A DNA stretch of 64,000 nucleotides from Alphaproteobacteria bacterium (lineage in GTDB: Bacteria; Pseudomonadota; Alphaproteobacteria; UBA828). Positions within the stretch are counted from its first letter, which is position 1. Each line of letters opens with the position of its first letter. The DNA lies in assembly GCA_022820945.1 (NCBI GenBank), contig JAJEEP010000165.1, forward strand, positions 12,442 through 76,441. Direction: 5' to 3'. Shown piece by piece: positions 37,625 to 45,159 of the stretch. A program made the translations under genes and the position numbers. The notes beneath the pieces are model-generated. The model did not search any database, was not told the origin of the DNA, and was given only the letters and a program-made list of their open reading frames with translations.

Positions 37625-38312
37625 GCTGGAAGACGTCACCTCCTTCTACGGCAAGACGCCGATTCTCCAGAACATAAGCCTGGGTGTCTCCCACGGCCAC
37701 TGCATGGCGGTGCTGGGGCGGAACGGCGTCGGCAAGACGACGCTGATGCGCACCATCATGGGGCTGACCACGCAGATGACAGGCACGCTCAGGATCGCCG
37801 GCGAAGACGCGAGCAACATGCCCACGCATCAGCGCTCCGAGATCGGCATCGGTTACATCCCGCAGGGGCGCGGCATCCTGCCCAAGTTCTCGGTGCGCGA
37901 GAACATCCTGCTCGGAACCTTCGCGCGCAACGACAAGCGGCGGAAGATTCCCGACATGTGCCTCGATCTCTTCCCCTATCTCGCCGAGAACCTGGACAAG
38001 CGGGCGGGGCAGCTCTCTGGCGGTCAACAGCAGCAGCTCGCGATCTCGCGCGCGCTCGCGACCGATCCCAAGATACTGCTGCTCGACGAGCCGACGGAAG
38101 GCATCCAGCCCAACATCGTGCAGGAGCTCGAAGCCACGATCATGCGGCTCAACACCGAGGTCGGGCTCACGCTCGTGCTCACGGAGCAGCACATCAAGGT
38201 GGCGCGCGAGCTTTCGCACGAGTTCGTCATCATGGATAACGGTCTGATCGTCGAGGGTGGCCCCATCGACGGATTGACCGACGAGGTCGTCGACAAGTAC
38301 CTGACGATCTAG
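37614..38312 (+). CDS. urtE: Urea-type ABC transporter ATP-binding protein UrtE
   Basis: The internal ATG at 37614 overlaps the urtD end by 11 nt. Motifs GRNGVGKTTLMRTIMG, IGYIPQGRGILP, LSGGQQQQLAI, LLLDEPT. Confidence 0.88.
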   Translation: MLLELEDVTSFYGKTPILQNISLGVSHGHCMAVLGRNGVGKTTLMRTIMGLTTQMTGTLRIAGEDASNMPTHQRSEIGIGYIPQGRGILPKFSVRENILLGTFARNDKRRKIPDMCLDLFPYLAENLDKRAGQLSGGQQQQLAISRALATDPKILLLDEPTEGIQPNIVQELEATIMRLNTEVGLTLVLTEQHIKVARELSHEFVIMDNGLIVEGGPIDGLTDEVVDKYLTI

Positions 38313-38354
38313 GCATCAGAGGGCCGAGGCAGTAGACGTGAGGGGAGACCCAGA

Positions 38355-38795
38355 ATGATCCGTATTCCGCCGAAAGGCAGTCCCGATCGGGATCGTCTCA
38401 TCGAGGAGCACAAGGCGTGCATCGAGTCCATGAAGGGCGTCGCCGGTTGCTCGATCCTGCGCTGCGCGACACCGGGCGACACCACCGAGATCAGCGGCGG
38501 CATTCACGAGGATTTCCAGCTCAACCGCGTGCTGCTGCGGATGCGGGCCCAGCCGGCGAAGGGCAAGCTCGTGGTGGTCTGCACCAAGATCGAGAAGGAA
38601 TGGCGCATCGCGCGCTGCTCCGGCATCCGGGGCGTGCCGCCGGAGTTCGTCTCCGACAAGGTGTACGACAACGAGCAGGACCCCCAGCACGACATCTTCC
38701 TGATGCGGCTCGACGAGTTCCCGGAGACCGACGGCTTCCCCGAGCACTTCCATCAGGGTTGGAAGCGCCGGGACGACAACTGGGCCGCGTCCTAG
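38355..38795 (+). CDS. Hypothetical 146-aa protein; candidate small (alpha) subunit of the downstream dimethylformamidase-like enzyme
   Basis: GGGGAGA Shine-Dalgarno upstream. The position immediately upstream of the large-subunit homologue and the ~16 kDa size match the known alpha/beta gene arrangement. The segment LLRMRAQPAKGKLVVVCTKIEKEWRIAR...HDIFLMRL resembles what I recall of DmfA1, but this is unverified. Confidence 0.5.
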   Translation: MIRIPPKGSPDRDRLIEEHKACIESMKGVAGCSILRCATPGDTTEISGGIHEDFQLNRVLLRMRAQPAKGKLVVVCTKIEKEWRIARCSGIRGVPPEFVSDKVYDNEQDPQHDIFLMRLDEFPETDGFPEHFHQGWKRRDDNWAAS

Positions 38796-38894
38796 GGCTC
38801 AGGTCCGGGCGCGCATTCCGGGATTCCACGCGGCAACAGATCAGGGCGCGCGAGCGGCTGAACAGGCCCGCGCGATCAAGGGGAGAGACACCCG

Positions 38895-41300
38895 ATGGCT
38901 TGGATGAGACTGACGGGATATGCGGACAAGTTCGGCGTCCATCCCGGCGACACGATCCGCTTCTATGTGAACTGCGACGGGCCGAAGAGCTACGACGCCC
39001 AGCTCGTGAAGATGATCAACGGCGACACCAACCCGCGCGGTCCGGGCCTGATCGAGCGCAAGCGCCGGGCATCGCTTAACGGCTCCTACAAGGGCCGCCG
39101 TCAGGTCATCCACAGCGGCTCCTACGGCTGCGTGGAGGACAACGCGCAGCTCCGGGTGCAGAGCTTCACGCTGCAGTGTTGGGTCTGGCCGACGACGCCC
39201 AAGACTCATCCGAAGTACTGGAAGCACGGCGCCCAGGGTCTGGTCACCAAGTGGCACAGGAACAAGGGCTATGGCCTCTTCATCAACGAGGACGGTTGCG
39301 CCGAGCTCCGCATCAATGGCAAGAAGGTCACGACCGGCGCGCCGCTGCGCGATCACGCCTGGCACTTCCTCGCCGCGACATACAACGCCGAGACGGGGCA
39401 GGCGATCCTCTATCATGAGCCGCAGGTGGTCTACGCCCTCGACCCGACGATCAGGCCCGCGAGGGACAAGATCGAAGGGCCGGTGAGGCATGACGCGAGC
39501 CCGGCGGTGATCGCCGGCTACACCGGCGCGCACAGCGACGATCCCACGGCGCAATCGTCGGTGCCGGCGGGCATCGTCATCAACGGTCACTACAACGGGA
39601 AGATCGACAGCCCCCGGATCTGCAATCGCGCGCTGAGCCGGGAAGAGATCGAGACCATGAAGCTCGGCGCCCAGCGCGGCATGACCGAGCGGCGCAACTC
39701 CGGCCCGACCGGCGCGCTCTCCGAGACCATCGTCGCTGCCTGGGACTTCTCCGACGGCATCAACACCATCGTCGGCAAGGACCACGGGCCCTATCTGCTC
39801 GATGCGCAGATCGTCAACTGCCCGACGAGGGCCATGACCGGCCACAACTTCTCGGGCAACAACTTCGACTGGAAGCATGCGCCGCAAGAGTATGGCGCGA
39901 TCCACTTCCACGACGACGACGTGGACGATGCGCGCTGGGAGGTCGACTTCGAGTGGACCGTGCCCGCGAACTACGAGAGCGATTCCTACTGCGTGAAGCT
40001 CACCACGGACGAGGGCGACGAAGACTACATTCCGTTCTTCGTCGTGCCGCGCCCCGGCGAGGAGCAGGCCAAGATCGCGGTGATGATGCCGACGATCAGC
40101 TACATGGCCTACGCCAACGAGCATCTCGCCAACAACGCGGGCGGGGCGGAGCTGCTGGTCTACCGCGTGCCGATCATGCAGCACCAGAACATGTTCCTGG
40201 CCGAGCACCGCGAGTACGGTGGCTCGATCTACGACACCCACACTGACGGCAGCGGCCTTTGCCTCTCGTCGAGGCTGCGGCCGATTCTCAGCATCCGGCC
40301 GCAGTACGACCACTTCCTGATGCAGGCGCCGTGGCAATACCCGGCCGACCTGCACCTGATCTACTGGCTCAACCAGCTGGGCTACAAGTACGACGTCATC
40401 ACCGACGAGGACGTGAACTACGACGGCCTCGCGCGGCTGGAGAACTACAACGTCGTGATCACGGGCTCGCATCCCGAGCACAACTCCGGGCCGCAGCTCG
40501 ACGCGATTCACGATTACACCCAGCGTGGCGGCCGGTTCATGTACATGGGCGCGGACGGCTTCTACTGGATTCACTCGTACCATCCGGCCTACGACCATCT
40601 GGGCCGCGGCATCATCACCGAGATGCGCCGCTGCGAGTCCGGCATCCGGACCTGGCGGGCCGACCCCGGCGAGTACTATCACCAGTCCACCGGCGAGCTC
40701 GGCGGCATGTGGCGCTATCGCGGGCGCTACCTGCACTCGATCGCCGGAACCGGCATGTCGTCGGAAGGCTTCGATATTTCCAGCTACTACTCGCGCACGC
40801 CGGAGAGTAACGATCCGCGCGTCTCGTGGGCCTACGAGGGCATCGACTACGACGAGAAGATCGGCAACTTCGGCCTGGTCGGCGGCGGTGCTGCCGGCAC
40901 GGAGCTCGATATCGTCGATACCCTGCTCGGCTCGCCGCCGCACACGCTGATCACCGCGACCTCGGCGGGCCGCCATACCGAGGGCTACCTGCTGGTGATG
41001 GAGGACTTCGGCTTCAACCAGCAGGGCCTGGACGGCACCCAGCACCCGCGCGTGCGCTCGGACATCGCCTATCACGAGACGCCCAACGGCGGCGCGTGCT
41101 TCGCGTTCAGCTCGATCGCCTTCTGCGGGTCGCTACCGTGGAACAACGGAGATCCCGAGAAGAACAACATCTCGCGGCTGGTGAAGAACGTGCTCGACCG
41201 CTTCTCGCAGGACGGGCCGCTGCCGCCGCCGCCGCGCAGCGCAATCAAGCATCGTGGCCGCGCAGATTACGACCCGCCGCTCAACAAGAAGCGGAAGTAG
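38895..41300 (+). CDS. N,N-dimethylformamidase large (beta) subunit family protein (LamG-like N-terminal region plus C-terminal amidase domain)
   Basis: 801 aa with AAGGGGAGAG Shine-Dalgarno upstream. Family-typical blocks run along the whole length: GDTIRFYV..., INGDTNPRGPG, HYNGKIDSPRI, WDFSDGI, QYGAIHFHDDDVDDARWEVDFEWTVP, EDYIPFFVVPRPG, ISYMAYANEH, PADLHLIYWLNQLGYKYDVITDED, VVITGSHPEH, GTGMSSEGFD, GLVGGGAAGTELD, NGGACFAFSSIAFCGSL. Confidence 0.8.
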   Translation: MAWMRLTGYADKFGVHPGDTIRFYVNCDGPKSYDAQLVKMINGDTNPRGPGLIERKRRASLNGSYKGRRQVIHSGSYGCVEDNAQLRVQSFTLQCWVWPTTPKTHPKYWKHGAQGLVTKWHRNKGYGLFINEDGCAELRINGKKVTTGAPLRDHAWHFLAATYNAETGQAILYHEPQVVYALDPTIRPARDKIEGPVRHDASPAVIAGYTGAHSDDPTAQSSVPAGIVINGHYNGKIDSPRICNRALSREEIETMKLGAQRGMTERRNSGPTGALSETIVAAWDFSDGINTIVGKDHGPYLLDAQIVNCPTRAMTGHNFSGNNFDWKHAPQEYGAIHFHDDDVDDARWEVDFEWTVPANYESDSYCVKLTTDEGDEDYIPFFVVPRPGEEQAKIAVMMPTISYMAYANEHLANNAGGAELLVYRVPIMQHQNMFLAEHREYGGSIYDTHTDGSGLCLSSRLRPILSIRPQYDHFLMQAPWQYPADLHLIYWLNQLGYKYDVITDEDVNYDGLARLENYNVVITGSHPEHNSGPQLDAIHDYTQRGGRFMYMGADGFYWIHSYHPAYDHLGRGIITEMRRCESGIRTWRADPGEYYHQSTGELGGMWRYRGRYLHSIAGTGMSSEGFDISSYYSRTPESNDPRVSWAYEGIDYDEKIGNFGLVGGGAAGTELDIVDTLLGSPPHTLITATSAGRHTEGYLLVMEDFGFNQQGLDGTQHPRVRSDIAYHETPNGGACFAFSSIAFCGSLPWNNGDPEKNNISRLVKNVLDRFSQDGPLPPPPRSAIKHRGRADYDPPLNKKRK

Positions 41301-41372
41301 GGGTTCGCCGCAGGCACGGACGGGGCGGGTGGTGCACCCGCCCCATCCCGGCGCGGCCGAGGGTCTGGCCCG

Positions 41373-42494
41373 ATGACGATGCGGCCCGATCTCGACTACG
41401 TGGACGAGGGTGTCGATCTTCAGGATCCCGCCCTCTACAGGCCGTCGCGCGGGCGCTTCGGCACGGCCCGAATCCTCACGCCCATCGCCTACCGCTCCAA
41501 GGTCTTCGCCGACCTGGAGGACGAGAAGATCTGGACCCGGAGCTGGGTCTGTATCGGCTCGCAGCACGACATTCCCAATGTCGGCGACCTGCTGCCCTAT
41601 ACGGTCGGCAACCACGGCGTTCACGTGCAGCGCGGCGATGACGGGCTGATCGGGCGCTACAACTTGGCGCAGCACGGCGGTTGCCGCTTCGTGCCGGCGC
41701 AGTGTCAGACCGGCTCCAAGACCAGGTGCTCGTTCACCTCCTGCGGCTACAGCCGCGATCGCGGGGTGATCGCTGCCGACGAGCTCGGCGACAACACGCC
41801 GACCATGCGCCAGTATCTCGGCTACCGGCCCGAGCGCCTGCTGCCGGTGACGGTGGAGAGCGAGGGGCCGTTCCTCTTCGTCAATCTGGATCCCGAGGCT
41901 GCACCGCTCGCCGACCGGCTCGATGGCGTTGCGGAGGCCCTTGCTCTCGAAGAGGCGGCAGCGTGGGAGAATGCCGAGAGCTTCTGGGCCGAGTACGAGG
42001 CGAACTGGAAGCTGCTCGGCCGCGCGCTGCTCCGCTCTCTCGCGCCAAAGGCCAAGGCGGCGAAGAAGGCGGGCGGCGATGCCATCGTGCTCCGGACAGG
42101 GGCAGATTTTTCGGGCGGGCCCGCGACGGTCTTCTGGCTCCTGCCCAACCTGATCCTGGTGTACGGGAAAGACCTCCTGGTGAGCATCGCGCTGCAGCCC
42201 ACCGCGCTGGAGGAAACACTAGCTCGGGTCAGGATCAGCGCGGCACGGCCGATCGAGGCCGCGCACGTCGAGGCGTTGCGTGCGGCGCTCGAACAGGCCG
42301 GTGGCGAGGCGGCGGCTCAGCAGGAGGAGCTGGTGCGGTTCGGGACGCCTTCCAGGCCGCAGACGCGCCTCGACGCGCTCCCGCTCGAAGAGGACCGCGC
42401 CGCCCACCTGCTCCAGGCCTACGTGATCGGGCGGGTGTTGAAGCGCCACGAGGTCCACCAGGCGGGCCCGCTCTACGTCGCCGCCGTGCGCTGA
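41373..42494 (+). CDS. Rieske-oxygenase alpha-subunit-like protein lacking canonical Rieske and mononuclear-iron ligands
   Basis: The N-terminal layout matches ring-hydroxylating oxygenase alpha subunits (WVCIGSQHDIPNVGDLLPYTVGNHGVHVQRGDDGLIGRYN...). The CxH...CxxH motif reads AQH...CSFT, with extra Cys at positions 104, 111 and 124. The ANWK block is not followed by the usual Asp/His ligands. Confidence 0.6.
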   Translation: MTMRPDLDYVDEGVDLQDPALYRPSRGRFGTARILTPIAYRSKVFADLEDEKIWTRSWVCIGSQHDIPNVGDLLPYTVGNHGVHVQRGDDGLIGRYNLAQHGGCRFVPAQCQTGSKTRCSFTSCGYSRDRGVIAADELGDNTPTMRQYLGYRPERLLPVTVESEGPFLFVNLDPEAAPLADRLDGVAEALALEEAAAWENAESFWAEYEANWKLLGRALLRSLAPKAKAAKKAGGDAIVLRTGADFSGGPATVFWLLPNLILVYGKDLLVSIALQPTALEETLARVRISAARPIEAAHVEALRAALEQAGGEAAAQQEELVRFGTPSRPQTRLDALPLEEDRAAHLLQAYVIGRVLKRHEVHQAGPLYVAAVR

Positions 42495-42799
42495 TGGTCT
42501 TCAGCGTCCAGCAGATCAAGTACGAGATCCTCGCCTACATCAAGGAGTGCGGCGGGGAGTTCGGCGACTATTACGTCGGGATCGCAGCGGACCCGAAGAG
42601 GACCCTCTTCGACGTTCACAAGGTGGACAAGGACGCCGACCCCTGGCTCTACAAGCAGGCGCTCACCTTCTACGCGGCGCAGACGGTCCAGGACTACTTC
42701 CTGCGGCGGCTGAAGGCCGACGGCGAGCCGGTGTATAACGGCGACGAAGATACGGACTGCGTCTATGTCTACAAGAAGAGCGAGCGGACCGTCCCGTAA
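42494..42799 (+). CDS. Small conserved-looking hypothetical protein (101 aa), translationally coupled to the upstream gene
   Basis: The ATG at 42494 shares one base with the upstream TGA (TGATG). Translation: MVFSVQQIKYEILAYIKECGGEFGDYYVGIAADPKRTLFDVHKV.... The YYVGI...R...H arrangement is weakly reminiscent of GIY-YIG-type folds. Confidence 0.5.
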   Translation: MVFSVQQIKYEILAYIKECGGEFGDYYVGIAADPKRTLFDVHKVDKDADPWLYKQALTFYAAQTVQDYFLRRLKADGEPVYNGDEDTDCVYVYKKSERTVP

Positions 42800-43526
42800 G
42801 GCGCGGCGTCCGGCGAAGCCTCGCGATGACGCAGCGCGGGCGGCGCTGGTCAGCCAAGAAGCCGCCGCCATCGAGGACGGGCGGCGCGCCTACATGGCCC
42901 GCGAGTTCGAGCGGGCGCGGGCGCTCTGGCTGCCGCTGGCCGAGGCCGGCAATGCCGAGGCGCAGGCCTGGGTGGGCTCGCTCTACGCCAACGGAGACGG
43001 CGTCGAGGCCGATGCGGCGGCGGCGTTCGCCTGGTACCTCAAGTCGGCCGAGGGCCGGAACGTGCTGGCCCAGAGCAACGTCGGCGCGATGTACGCCATG
43101 GGCAACGGCGTCGCCCAGGACATGGCGGAGGCGGTGCGCTGGCTGCGGCGCGCGGCCCGCGGCGGCGATGCCAACGCCCGCTTCAACCTCGGCGTGCTCT
43201 ACAGCCAGGGCAATGGCGTGCCGCAGAACCATACCCGCGCCGCCGAGTGGTACCGCAAGGCGGCGGAAACCGGGCACTACCAGTCCCAGGCCCGCCTCGG
43301 CCACATGTACCTGGCGGGCGAGGGCGTGAAGAGGGACCGCGTTCAGGCCTTCCTGTGGCTTTCGCTCGCCGCCCGGCACGGCATCGGCTCCGCCCTCACC
43401 GCTCTGGAGGCGGTGGTCAAGGAGATGTCGTCGGACGAGAAGGCGCAAGGCATGCGTCTCGTCGCCCAGTGGCGCGGCAAGGCCGCGAGCGGCGCCGACG
43501 TGCTCATCGACCCGGTGCCTGTGTAG
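42765..43526 (+). CDS. Sel1-repeat (TPR-like) protein
   Basis: At least five Sel1 units (AEAQAWVGSLYANGDGVEADAAAAFAWYLKSAE, VLAQSNVGAMYAMGNGVAQDMAEAVRWLRRAA, ...). The ATG at 42765 overlaps the previous gene by 35 nt. The alternative ATG at 42894 does not overlap. Confidence 0.8.
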   Translation: MSTRRASGPSRKARRPAKPRDDAARAALVSQEAAAIEDGRRAYMAREFERARALWLPLAEAGNAEAQAWVGSLYANGDGVEADAAAAFAWYLKSAEGRNVLAQSNVGAMYAMGNGVAQDMAEAVRWLRRAARGGDANARFNLGVLYSQGNGVPQNHTRAAEWYRKAAETGHYQSQARLGHMYLAGEGVKRDRVQAFLWLSLAARHGIGSALTALEAVVKEMSSDEKAQGMRLVAQWRGKAASGADVLIDPVPV

Positions 43527-43536
43527 GGAAGTATTC

Positions 43537-44025
43537 TCACCCGGCCGGCGCGGGTTGGGTGCATGCGAAGCGGTCGATCACCCCGGTCTTGTCGTTCACT
43601 TCGATTTCGAAGGACGCCTCAGTGAGCTCGCTCCAGAGGTCCGATTCCTCGGTCGGGCAAGCGTTGTGCGGCCCGATTTCGCCGGGACGCGCGGCTTCGC
43701 CGTGGCGCGCCGAGCGGATGCCGGGCGAGAAGAAGACCTCGACCTCGACCGCGCCCGTAGCGGCCCGCACGGTGTCGCCCACCTCCCAGCCGGCCGGCAG
43801 ATCGTGGGAGCGGTAATAGCTCTTGATCCGGCGCACAGTGTCCTCGGGATCGATGGGCTCTTCGGACCCGGACTCTGCGGCCTGTTGCTCCGTTCCTGTA
43901 CTTCCGCGACGCAACTGCTGACCGGTCTCGTAGACGATCACGAACAGCAGAAGAATTCCGACGATGATGCCGTAGCGAAGCCATCGCCGCTTCGTTGGCG
44001 CTCCGGTCTTGCGGCGTCGCCCCAC
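43537..44025 (-). CDS. Membrane-anchored hypothetical protein (162 aa)
   Basis: Basic N-terminus followed by one TM helix (WLRYGIIVGILLLFVIVY), then a soluble domain. I recognise no family. Confidence 0.5.
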   Translation of the reverse strand: MGRRRKTGAPTKRRWLRYGIIVGILLLFVIVYETGQQLRRGSTGTEQQAAESGSEEPIDPEDTVRRIKSYYRSHDLPAGWEVGDTVRAATGAVEVEVFFSPGIRSARHGEAARPGEIGPHNACPTEESDLWSELTEASFEIEVNDKTGVIDRFACTQPAPAG

Positions 44026-44101
44026 GATGTTTCCGTCGCTTTCGAGTAAGATCGCCGTCTCTCAGGCGCAGGATACCGGTCGCGGTCAGAGGAGTGAAAC
44101 G

Positions 44102-44377
44102 ATGCCCATCCCGCGGAACATTCAGGAGGAGCTCGAGAAGAGGGACGAGCTGATCCTGGCTCTGGAAATGATGGTCGTCGATCAGGCCTGCCGCCTGCTT
44201 GCCGCCGAGGCGGTGCTGCGCGAGCTCGTCCCGGCCAAGCGGAAGCCGTCGCAGGAGAAAATCGAGGCCCACATCACTGAGGCCGCCGAGCGCTTCCGCC
44301 AGCGCTTCGAGGGCGAAAGCGTCGCCGGGTTTACCGACCGGGCGAAGCGCGTCGCGGCCGAATTAGTTGGGCGTTAG
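44102..44377 (+). CDS. Small helical hypothetical protein (91 aa)
   Basis: Internal ATG at 44102 of track ORF 44009..44377 (MPIPRNIQEELEKRDELILALEMMVV...). Coiled-coil-like composition. Divergent from the 162-aa gene. Confidence 0.4.
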   Translation: MPIPRNIQEELEKRDELILALEMMVVDQACRLLAAEAVLRELVPAKRKPSQEKIEAHITEAAERFRQRFEGESVAGFTDRAKRVAAELVGR

Positions 44378-44398
44378 TGCGCACGACCTCGTTCTGGC

Positions 44399-45028
44399 GT
44401 GGCCTCGGCCGTGACTGCCGGCGACGCGCGCCCGACGTATCGGCGCATCGCACGATTCTACGACTTTCTCGACGGGTCGTTCGAACGCAAGCGTTATGCG
44501 CTGATCCGGGGCACATTGTTCGCCGGGCTCTCCGGGCGGATTCTGGACGCCGGCGTCGGGACCGGCCGCAACATCCCCTACTATCCGGCGGACGCAGAGG
44601 TCATCGGGGTCGATCTCTCGCAGGCGATGCTCGCGCAGGCCCGCGCCCGGCGCGATGCGCTGGGCAGCGACGCACCGCTCGCGGCGATGGATGTGCTCAG
44701 GACCGGCTTCGCCGACTCAAGCTTCGACGCCGTCGTCGCGAGCTTCGTCTTTTGCGTTCTCAGACCCAATCAACAGCAGGCGGCGCTCGAAGAACTCGGG
44801 CGCATCGTGAGGCCCGGCGGCGAAATCCGCCTGCTCGACTACACGTGGTCCAAACAGCTAGGGCGGCGCCTGGTCATGCGCATGTGGGCGCCTTGGGTGC
44901 GGTGGGCCTACGGCGCGGGCTTCGACCGCGAGCCCCACCGCCATGTCGAGCCCGCCGGTCTCGTGCTCGCCGAGGATCGCTTCCTGATCGACGACGTCGT
45001 GAGGTACGTCGTCGCGCGCCGGCCGTGA
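44399..45028 (+). CDS. Class I SAM-dependent methyltransferase
   Basis: Motif I ILDAGVGTGRNIPYY, post-I VIGVDLS and motif II/III FDAVVASFVFCVL...RPGGEIRLLD. Confidence 0.8.
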   Translation: MASAVTAGDARPTYRRIARFYDFLDGSFERKRYALIRGTLFAGLSGRILDAGVGTGRNIPYYPADAEVIGVDLSQAMLAQARARRDALGSDAPLAAMDVLRTGFADSSFDAVVASFVFCVLRPNQQQAALEELGRIVRPGGEIRLLDYTWSKQLGRRLVMRMWAPWVRWAYGAGFDREPHRHVEPAGLVLAEDRFLIDDVVRYVVARRP

Positions 45029-45052
45029 CTCTGGTTAGCAGTCAGGGTTGGA

Positions 45053-45077
45053 GCGAGTCCGTCCTTGACGGACTCGC
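45053..45077. terminator. Perfect 11-bp hairpin between convergent genes (possible bidirectional terminator, no U-tract)
   Basis: GCGAGTCCGTC-CTT-GACGGACTCGC, located between the methyltransferase (+) and ppiD (-) 3' ends. Confidence 0.35.
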
Positions 45078-45159
45078 GTCAGGCCGCGACCGCGGCCCGC
45101 CGCTATTGCGGCGCCCTCGCGGAGGCGCCGGCCGCAGGCCGGCTGCCGTGAGCGATAAA

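Noticed and set aside
34790-37639. 949-aa ORF antisense to urtB-urtC-urtD. Similar long antisense or out-of-frame ORFs occur at 38841..41075, 47945..50368, 58121..60475, 61218..63146, 13666..15738, 28277..30193, 30269..32848 and 10979..12793.
   Set aside because: Their composition is dominated by Arg, Gly, Ala, Asp, His and Pro, and I recognise no motif in them. Each lies exactly opposite or out of frame to a gene with clear family signatures. Long stop-free antisense frames are expected in high-GC DNA.
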